Shown here piece after piece: positions 1 to 7,362 of a stretch of DNA of 64,000 nt. The DNA is taken from contig ONCM01000005.1 of assembly GCA_900316305.1 (NCBI GenBank), positions 65,295 to 129,294 of the forward strand, given 5' to 3'. This DNA is from an uncultured Bacteroidales bacterium (lineage in GTDB: Bacteria > Bacteroidota > Bacteroidia > Bacteroidales > WCHB1-69). The position numbers were made by a program, and so were the translations under genes. Each line of letters starts with the position of its first letter. Positions within the stretch are counted from its first letter, which is position 1. The notes under the pieces were generated by a model. The model worked only from the letters and a program-made list of their open reading frames with translations. It had not been told where the DNA came from and ran no database searches.

Positions 1-6
1 AATTTT

Positions 7-1173
7 TCATTTGCCAATGAATTCTTCTACTTTCTCAATCACCCAATCCTGTTCTTCCTCCGTCAATGTCGGGTACATTGGCAAAGCCAAACAGTGCTGA
101 TAATACTCTTCCGCCACAGGCATGTCGCCCTTTTTCCAGCCAAACTGACGGTAGTAGGGCATAGTGTGAGCAGGAATATAGAGCACTTGGGCGAAAATCT
201 TGTTGGCGCGCAAAAAATCATACAGTCCTTTGCGTTTGTCTGCATCTACCTGAATAATATACAGATGGAATGCATGGGTGATGTTCTCCGCCCTATAGGG
301 CGTTTTTATCGGGCTTTCGTTGAAAGCCTCATCATACTTGCGAGCAATCTCGTTCCGGCGTTGGATGCTCCAATCCAGACGTTTGAGTTGGGAAATGCCC
401 AACGCGGCTTGGAAATCGGTAATACGGTAGTTGTAGCCCAAATCTTGCATTTCGTAGTACCATCCACCATCGTTCTTTGTGAGCAGATCGGGGTTCTTGG
501 TAATGCCATGCGTGCGGTACAGCATCACCTTCTCATACAGATCTTTCCTGTTGGTGGTGACAGCACCGCCTTCTCCTGTAGCGATATGTTTTACTGGATG
601 GAAGGAGAAACAAGTCAGGTCGGCATAATGGCAATTTCCGACCATTTGTTTAATGCCCTTGCTGTCCATATAACTTCCTCCAGGTGCGTGGCAGGCATCC
701 ACCACAATGGCGAATCCATATTCATCAGCCAAGTGTCTCAATCTTTCTTCGTCCACAGGATATCCGGCGAAATCCACAGGAACCACGGCCTTGTACGTGC
801 CTTTAGGTGAGGATCTCAAAATTTGCTCCAGTTTGTCCAAATCCAGACAGTAGGTCTTTGCATCAATATCGCAGAAGACAATCTCGGCGCCCAAATAACG
901 GAATCCATTCGCGGAGGCCACGAAAGTGATGGGCGTAGTAATTACTTTGTCACCAGGTTTGATACCCAATGCCATCGCACAAAGATGGAGAGATGCAGTG
1001 CCATTGCTCACCATACAGGCGTACTTGCAACCCAGATATTCGGAAAAATTTTTCTCAAATTCACCGATTTTCGGTCCTTGAGTCAGATAGTCCGATTTCA
1101 GCGTTTCAACGACAGCTTGGATGTCCTCCTCGCTGATATACTGGTGTCCGTATGAAATGTTGTGGTCAATCAT
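7..1173 (-). CDS. pseC: DegT/DnrJ/EryC1-type PLP sugar aminotransferase, PseC-like
   Basis: 388-aa ORF with family motifs, including the 'SFHPVKHIATGEGG' PLP-lysine region. It abuts the PseB-like gene (1173/1175), so the two are probably an operon. Confidence 0.8.
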   Translation of the reverse strand: MIDHNISYGHQYISEEDIQAVVETLKSDYLTQGPKIGEFEKNFSEYLGCKYACMVSNGTASLHLCAMALGIKPGDKVITTPITFVASANGFRYLGAEIVFCDIDAKTYCLDLDKLEQILRSSPKGTYKAVVPVDFAGYPVDEERLRHLADEYGFAIVVDACHAPGGSYMDSKGIKQMVGNCHYADLTCFSFHPVKHIATGEGGAVTTNRKDLYEKVMLYRTHGITKNPDLLTKNDGGWYYEMQDLGYNYRITDFQAALGISQLKRLDWSIQRRNEIARKYDEAFNESPIKTPYRAENITHAFHLYIIQVDADKRKGLYDFLRANKIFAQVLYIPAHTMPYYRQFGWKKGDMPVAEEYYQHCLALPMYPTLTEEEQDWVIEKVEEFIGK

Positions 1174-1174
1174 C

Positions 1175-2197
1175 TTATTTCACGATAAAGTTAGGGTCAA
1201 CAAATTGGCAGATTTTCTCACGCATAGTATCCACCGTTTCCCATTCGGTGTTGTTATCAGAACTATAGTGGAAACCGTCAGGAACTAAAACGGCATTGTG
1301 GTGCTTTATGTATTCTTCTCGTGTATGATTAAACGATACCGAAGGCATAATCACATAGTATTTGCCTAAATCTATTGTGTCTAACGCGTCTGTTACCGTG
1401 ATCATCTCTTCGTGAAGTTTTTCTCCCGGCCGAATGCCCACCTCCACTTGTGGGATGTTTGGGGCAATGGCGGTAGCCACATCCTTGATATGGTAGGAGG
1501 GGATTTTGGGAATAAAAATCTCTCCACCAAGATGATGTCCGATGGCATACATCACCATGGCAACCCCTTCTTCCAGGGAGATATTGAAACGGGTCATGCG
1601 CATGTCCGTAATCGGTATCTGTGAAGCCCCCTGGTCACGAAGACGGATAAAGAAAGGGATAACGCTTCCACGACTGCCCATCACATTTCCGTAACGGACC
1701 ACCGAGAAACGAATGTCTTTGGAACCTTTGATATTATTCGCAGCCGTAAACAATTTGTCAGAAGTCAGTTTGGTTGCGCCATACAAGTTAATAGGTGCAC
1801 AAGCTTTGTCGGTGGAAAGTGCAACAACATCGTGAACGCCACAAGCAAGGGCAGCTTTAATTACGTTTTGTGCCCCATGCACATTAGTCTTAATGCATTC
1901 TTCCGGATTATATTCCGCGGTGTCCACCTGTTTGATGGCAGCCGCGTGAATAATCACATCCACCCCCTCGCAGGCACGGGTAAGGCGTTCCAAGTCACGC
2001 ACATCACCTATGAAAAAACGCATCATCGGATACTTGTTTTCGGGATACTTGAGTTTCAACTCATACTGTTTCAGCTCATCACGCGAGTAAATAATTATTT
2101 TTTTCACATTGGGATAATCCCTTAAAATCACCTCAACGAATTTTTTTCCAAATGAGCCGGTACCACCAGTAATAAGAACTGTTTTATTATTTAACAT
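1175..2197 (-). CDS. pseB: UDP-GlcNAc 4,6-dehydratase (inverting), PseB/FlaA1-like
   Basis: The ORF track extends to 2371, but the conserved N-terminus 'MLNNKTVLITGGTGSFGKK' (Rossmann GxxGxxG) starts at ATG 2197. The 'YGATK' catalytic motif is present. Confidence 0.8.
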   Translation of the reverse strand: MLNNKTVLITGGTGSFGKKFVEVILRDYPNVKKIIIYSRDELKQYELKLKYPENKYPMMRFFIGDVRDLERLTRACEGVDVIIHAAAIKQVDTAEYNPEECIKTNVHGAQNVIKAALACGVHDVVALSTDKACAPINLYGATKLTSDKLFTAANNIKGSKDIRFSVVRYGNVMGSRGSVIPFFIRLRDQGASQIPITDMRMTRFNISLEEGVAMVMYAIGHHLGGEIFIPKIPSYHIKDVATAIAPNIPQVEVGIRPGEKLHEEMITVTDALDTIDLGKYYVIMPSVSFNHTREEYIKHHNAVLVPDGFHYSSDNNTEWETVDTMREKICQFVDPNFIVK

Positions 2198-2238
2198 ATA
2201 CTGTATTTTTTTATCTGCAAATCTTAGATTTAAAGCTG

Positions 2239-2246
2239 CAAAAATA
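2239..2246 (-). promoter_or_regulatory. Bacteroidota -7 promoter box (TATTTTTG) for pseB
   Basis: Plus strand reads caaaaata, which matches TAnnTTTG on the minus strand. It lies 42 nt upstream of ATG 2197. Confidence 0.45.
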
Positions 2247-2259
2247 CACATTTTTCCAA

Positions 2260-2375
2260 TTACCACACCACCGTTAAACTCGTTTTTAACAGCAGACACT
2301 TCTTGCTGTTGTAAACATCCTCCTTTTGTAGCGCAGCAGAACTCGATTGCGCAGAAATATTCGGCCTGCAATCCT
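2260..2375 (-). pseudogene. Relic of the 3' end of a T9SS type-B CTD gene (same family as 7363..9612)
   Basis: It translates to 'YFCAIEFCCATKGGCLQQQEV..', compared with 'YFCAIEFRCATSSKKRQQLNTSVTVVR*' at the end of the 7363..9612 gene. The DNA aligns with a 15-nt insertion and a 1-nt frameshift, and TAA at 2260..2262 sits at the homologous stop position. Confidence 0.55.
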
Positions 2376-2395
2376 TCATATTGGGCGGTGCAAAA

Positions 2396-4081
2396 TTAGA
2401 TTTTATACAAATATATCTTCCAAAATGACTCTTTATTGGTAAAGTATCTCTCAAACGTCCATCCTAATTGTTCATAATTAAGAATAGGAACTGTAGAAAA
2501 AACATATTCACATCCCATTTTACGAAGTTGGTCTGTATCAACATTGAGACTATTGATGCTCGTGTTAATGTTTTTACCGAAAACATAGTGTTCGCCAAGT
2601 TCCGAAGAGAAAATATAGCATCGGCTACCCCAATTGTCGAAATAGTTCGATAATTCCTCGCTTTTAGTCAACTCATTTGCTATGATTTTTCTAAACTCAT
2701 GTTTGTAGGCCAAAGGATACACATTCCAATAACCATCAATACAATAGAAGCCGCTATATTGTGCTATAGCAGGATACATACCTATACTAGCAATTTTATA
2801 ATTCTTTTTAGGTCTGTTGATATACGTCCCTACTTCTTCAAAAAGAGACACATCAAAGAATTGTTTGAAAGTAGGTTCTTCCTGTTTGTGAAAAACATAT
2901 TTTTTAATATAAAAAGTGTATTGTTTTGTTTGGGAAAATGTTCCAATTAAAACCAACAAAACGAGTGTACCACACACCCATTTGCCAAACCTGTTTTTTA
3001 TAATATCCTGCAATAAATAAGCAAACAGTATTATCCATAATGTTGGAAGTAAAAAATATATCCTGTCAAACTGAAACTGTAAAAAGAGGTTTCCCCTGTC
3101 AAGGTAAGAGCATATGATACGATATATGAAGCAAAACACCACTATTGATATAATGGCGATAGAAATAAGCATGGGTTTGCTCCCTATTGTTTTATTTTTA
3201 CCCCATATATATAAGGCGGCAATAATAATAGGGATAGTAATTAATGCACCAGAATGATATTGAGTACGAAGGAATAATGAAATATGGTTTTTTATGATGG
3301 AAGTAATAGATACATTATATAAAAACTCTGTACGATGAGGTTGAATGTTAGATAGAGTAAAATAATCCATAAACAAGTGAAAATTTGTGACTATATAACA
3401 CATGCCCATTAATACCAAGCCTCCCAGAAAGAATTTGGGGATTGTTTTTTCTTTTTTCCATTTCAAAGCAAACAAAACAACAAGTACAAAACCAACAAAA
3501 ACACCTGAAAGTATCATATATGAAAAGAGACAGAAGAGTACTATTAAGCTATACGAAAAAATAATTCTTTTCTCTTCATTTAAGTTATAAAAAGCATAAA
3601 ATACAAGAGGGATACCCGCAGAAGAAATTCCAAGAATGGAGTAAAAGGGTATGCTGGCGAAACAAATAGCCGAGCAGAAACAGAGTACATTCTTATGTTT
3701 GGATTCAGAGTTTATCAATTTCTCGAGTAACAGAAACATTCCAACAAATGCTACAAAATGAACCAAAAAATCATTAATTACAATTGCCGAAAACAAAGGC
3801 AAATTGAATAACAGGGAATTAGTAATCCAATTAGACAAATCAAAACATGAGCGAGAAAGCCCTCCCATCACAGGTATATTGACAGAGTAATCAAAGAATG
3901 CATTCGCATTTGACAGCATTTTAAAATGGGATATATATGAATCTAAATAATCATGAATAAGAATGTAGCTGTCAGATCCTATAATTAAATACGGAATATA
4001 GCATATGAGAATAACTATACCCCCTAAAAGCATGTATTTTTTCTTGTTTGTCATTATTTTAATTTTCGATATTAACTTCAT
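2396..4081 (-). CDS. Multi-pass membrane protein with a C-terminal soluble domain (DUF6044-like; putative GT-C-type glycan transferase)
   Basis: 561-aa ORF with many hydrophobic segments. The N-terminal 'GSDSYILIHDYLDS' resembles my recollection of the DUF6044 family. The region is very AT-rich and lies downstream of a GtrB-like GT2. Confidence 0.55.
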   Translation of the reverse strand: MKLISKIKIMTNKKKYMLLGGIVILICYIPYLIIGSDSYILIHDYLDSYISHFKMLSNANAFFDYSVNIPVMGGLSRSCFDLSNWITNSLLFNLPLFSAIVINDFLVHFVAFVGMFLLLEKLINSESKHKNVLCFCSAICFASIPFYSILGISSAGIPLVFYAFYNLNEEKRIIFSYSLIVLFCLFSYMILSGVFVGFVLVVLFALKWKKEKTIPKFFLGGLVLMGMCYIVTNFHLFMDYFTLSNIQPHRTEFLYNVSITSIIKNHISLFLRTQYHSGALITIPIIIAALYIWGKNKTIGSKPMLISIAIISIVVFCFIYRIICSYLDRGNLFLQFQFDRIYFLLPTLWIILFAYLLQDIIKNRFGKWVCGTLVLLVLIGTFSQTKQYTFYIKKYVFHKQEEPTFKQFFDVSLFEEVGTYINRPKKNYKIASIGMYPAIAQYSGFYCIDGYWNVYPLAYKHEFRKIIANELTKSEELSNYFDNWGSRCYIFSSELGEHYVFGKNINTSINSLNVDTDQLRKMGCEYVFSTVPILNYEQLGWTFERYFTNKESFWKIYLYKI

Positions 4082-4112
4082 CCATTACAACATACAAAGG
4101 TTTCCCTTTTAC

Positions 4113-4211
4113 TTAATCAAAGACCCTGCCAATATAAATGCCCAAAATTTCCATTTGCATCATCAACAGGCCTCCGATGAACCAAATAAAGTTCTCGTTC
4201 AGTATGTGCTC
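4113..4211 (-). pseudogene. Relic of the C-terminus of a second GtrB/ArnC-like GT2
   Basis: The minus frame reads 'EHILNENFIWFIGGLLMMQMEILGIYIGRVFD*'. This parallels 'FLGGVQLLTVGILGEYIGELFDE' of the intact GT2 at 4254..5183. Confidence 0.45.
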
Positions 4212-4253
4212 ATATCATAAATGACACTTCTTAATTATTAAAACTATTCCAAC

Positions 4254-5183
4254 TTAAAGATTGACTTTTTCACTGATAATATATTCTGGACGATTTTTGG
4301 CCTCATCAAACAACTCTCCAATATATTCTCCCAAAATACCAACGGTAAGGAGTTGGACACCTCCAAGAAAAATGACAATGAAAAATATTGAGGACCAACC
4401 TGCCACAAAAGATCCAGATTTGATTATTACAAGGACGAGTGCAATAATAGCATACAACAAACTGATTAACAAAAATATACAACCTATCCAAATAGGCAGC
4501 ATTAATGGTTTATTAGAGAACGACAACAAACCAGTCTTTGCAAGTTTCATCATTTTTTTAAGTGGATACTTGGTCTCTCCAGCAAAACGCTCTTTGCGCT
4601 CATAATAACAAGGCATTTGCTTATATCCCATCCAACTAATTAACCCCCGAATGTATTTATTCTTTTCGTGCAAATTATTGAATTCATCTATTATGTTTCG
4701 GTCAATTAAACGAAAATCTCCTGTGTCAATGGGAAACTGCACCTCCGATACTTTATTGAGAAATCTGTAAAAATACTTGGCTGTTAAAAGTTTAAATCGG
4801 CTTTCTCCCTCTCTTTTCTTTCGGACCCCATAAACAACATTGGCTTTTTCCCGCTGTTGAATCTCCAACATGTCCAAAATAATTTCAGGTGGATCTTGTA
4901 AATCCGCATCAATAATAGCCGCCAAATTCCCATTACAATTATTTATTCCCGCTGTGACTGCACATTGATGACCAAAGTTTCGAGAAAAGCTAATGATTTT
5001 TACGAATTGATCCTTTTGAGATAATTGGAGAAGAATTGAGAAAGTTCGATCACGACTACCATCATTGACGAAAATCAATTCGTAGTCCATTTCGGTTTTT
5101 TTCATGACTTCCGACAATCGATTGTAGGTTTCTTGGATTACTAGTTCTTCGTTATAACAAGGGATTATTACGGATAATAACAT
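4254..5183 (-). CDS. Family-2 glycosyltransferase, GtrB/ArnC-like polyprenyl-phosphate sugar synthase
   Basis: 309 aa. It has 'VIIPCYNEE', 'DADLQDPPE' and two C-terminal TM helices ending in 'GILGEYIGELFDEAKNRP'. Confidence 0.8.
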   Translation of the reverse strand: MLLSVIIPCYNEELVIQETYNRLSEVMKKTEMDYELIFVNDGSRDRTFSILLQLSQKDQFVKIISFSRNFGHQCAVTAGINNCNGNLAAIIDADLQDPPEIILDMLEIQQREKANVVYGVRKKREGESRFKLLTAKYFYRFLNKVSEVQFPIDTGDFRLIDRNIIDEFNNLHEKNKYIRGLISWMGYKQMPCYYERKERFAGETKYPLKKMMKLAKTGLLSFSNKPLMLPIWIGCIFLLISLLYAIIALVLVIIKSGSFVAGWSSIFFIVIFLGGVQLLTVGILGEYIGELFDEAKNRPEYIISEKVNL

Positions 5184-5252
5184 ACAATAATTATTAAAAA
5201 AATATTAACATGTCAAAAATTACAGTTCTTCTAAATATACTTCATGGATTAT

Positions 5253-5726
5253 TTATCGAACACGAGTGATTGAAAGCAATCTCTCAACAAATTCGTGAAA
5301 CACGCCCCCCGCTTTTCTAGTGTCACCTTAGCTAATTCATGTATATATTCGGGTGCATAAAAAGGAGCACCTATCCAACAAACCTTTTGTAACAATCGAT
5401 ATCATTAATGTCATCGCCTACATTTGCAACCTAGTTTAAGCTAATATTCATATTATCGCATAATTCACTAGCGGTTTTAATTTGTCTTTTACGCCAACAT
5501 ACACGAAATCAATATTGATTATTTTGACACAACCTTGCACTATTGCTGTGTGCTCCCCAGTAATAATTCCCACAGGAATTCCTTCATGATGAGCAAAAAG
5601 GACACCGGTACTGTCATAAGTATTGAACTTTTTTAGTTCCACATTCGCTTCATCGTAACACATTCCACCGTCAGTCCACACCCCGTCAATGTCTGTCAGT
5701 ATCGATTTTAGAATTTTGTTCATCAT
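5253..5726 (-). pseudogene. KdsC-like HAD phosphatase, degraded
   Basis: The N-terminal 92 aa ('DIDGVWTDGG..KKFNTYD') are intact. The remainder ('VANVGDDINDI', 'IGAPFYAPEYIHELAKV', 'GGVFHEFVERLL') is spread over other frames, with in-frame TAGs and a G6 run. Confidence 0.65.
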
Positions 5727-5741
5727 TCAAGAATTTCGCGG

Positions 5742-5749
5742 CAAAGATA
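5742..5749 (-). promoter_or_regulatory. -7 promoter box (TATCTTTG)
   Basis: Plus strand reads caaagata, 16 nt upstream of ATG 5726. Confidence 0.45.
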
Positions 5750-5800
5750 AAATTTTTGTCATAAAATGATAATCCTAAAATGACAAAAAAACGGTAACAA

Positions 5801-7273
5801 TCATCCGAACCTCAATTTGGCTTCGTCAGGCTCCTCAAAGGCGTTGCAATAATTCAAATAATCCAACAGTTCCTGAAAGTTTTTTCCATATAGGGTGCTG
5901 CTGAAATGGTGGAGGTGAGTCATCACATTTATGTAGGGTTGCACAATTCTCTGACGGCTGCATTTCCTCAAAGCCAAAAGGTAATCCTCCCGGTAAACCG
6001 TCGGAACGATAATCTCTGACTCTTTAGCACGAAACAACTCCGAATTCATCATGATTCTGGCCAGACGTCCGTTGCCATCCTGGAAAGGATGCACTTCACT
6101 GATAAGGAACATCATCTATATGGCCTTAGCGATAGGGGAAGTGAGGGCACAATAATAGTTGAATCCGGCATCCAAAGTCCCTTGTACACGGTTCACATCC
6201 ACAAATTCAGTGTTTCCCGCACGATTGTTCTTGGTCTTGAAGTGCCCGGGATTCAATTCGGGACGGCCTTCCAACAAAACGGCGTGTCTACGACTGAGAA
6301 TCTCAAAAAACTCTTGGGATGAAGCGGGAAAAGCCTGCATTTCCATCCGGTTGGAGACCACATGGAATGTTCCCAATATGTCATGAGAATCCTCCGTCCT
6401 TTTGGGAATTGTGATTCCAGTCTCCACAATCTGGCGGGCTTCATCAACTGCAAATTCCGTACCTTCGATATAGTTGGAAAAATAGCTCTCAAAGAAAGCG
6501 ATATCAAGGTATTCGTTTTCCGTTTGTTCGGATATGGGTCTGGACAAAAAATGCTGACTCTGTAGCGCATCAAACAACTTCTCGAACAGTTCAACCCGTT
6601 TTTCATCGTAAGGAGTGCCAGCCGCTGCAGCCTTCACAACAGGGTCTGTGAGCACTTGCGAAGAATGTGTGTTCAGCAATGCCGAAATCAAAATGTTGAT
6701 TTTGGCAAATTCATTCGTCATACCCAGACGTTCAGCGGTTTCACGCAATGTATCCCTATACTGGATCAACTGTTCCTCACCTCCAGCGACCAAAACACTT
6801 TCCAACTTTTTCTCAATCAATGATATAGGAAGAACTTTTGAATCGTCACCTTGTTTGCGACTGGATTGCATATTTTCTAATACCCACCGGTACTCGCTGG
6901 CAATGAACATACGTCCATACGCCATATCTTGGATGTCAGCAGCAGGTCCGTTCATCAGATAAATCGTTATCCCTGGCAAGTCAGTTACTTTTCGATTATA
7001 TGTTCCTGTCAGATAGAATGTTCCTTTGGAAGTGACACGCATTTCGCATGCACTCCTATGGCTGATGACCGTATTAGGAAAACGCCAATTTAAGATGCTG
7101 AGAATGTTTCTTCTGACGATGATTTCCGGGCTATCTATCATATTAGGGGTATAGATTCGCGGAGCGATTTTGCGCAAACGGCTCAACCCCACCAGACGTG
7201 AAATTTGGTGAGAAACATCTGAATCGGATGATGCAAAAATTATTTCTTTATTTAAGTCCAATAATGGTTTCAT
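5801..7273 (-). pseudogene. Fic-domain (AMPylase-type) gene with an AbiEi-like N-terminal region, interrupted by an in-frame TAG at 6116..6118
   Basis: ORFs 6116..7273 and 5801..6115 are in the same frame, separated only by TAG. The inhibitory motif 'SNYIEG' (S/TxxxE[G/N]) lies upstream of the stop. The active site 'HPFQDGNGRLAR' lies downstream of it. Confidence 0.7.
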
Positions 7274-7350
7274 TCAAATTTTTCAGAATAGAGGTTGCAA
7301 AATTACAAATTTTTCGGAATAAAAATCCTAATATTTCAAATTTTTCAGAA
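7273..7350 (-). repeat. Three direct repeats TTCYGAAAAATTTGWA spaced about 31 bp apart in the Fic promoter/leader
   Basis: Plus-strand copies are at 7273..7288, 7303..7319 and 7335..7350. The first overlaps the start codon. Confidence 0.6.
7298..7305 (-). promoter_or_regulatory. -7 promoter box (TAATTTTG) for the Fic gene
   Basis: Plus strand reads caaaatta, 25 nt upstream of ATG 7273. Confidence 0.45.
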
Positions 7351-7362
7351 CAGCTTCCCTTC

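Noticed and set aside
2198-2371. N-terminal extensions given in the ORF track: pseB to 2371, nadK from 23416, ftsA from 25194, rimO to 53788, the exonuclease to 60581, rarA to 36822, and the S41 peptidase to 18943.
   Set aside because: Conserved N-termini, signal peptides or promoter boxes place the real starts further downstream. The extensions overlap upstream genes, promoters or repeat relics.
6116-6118. The in-frame TAG in the Fic gene might indicate stop-codon reassignment.
   Set aside because: TAG is used as a normal terminator elsewhere in the window, for example at the P3 stop (12291) and the transporter stop (48329). A nonsense mutation is the simpler reading.
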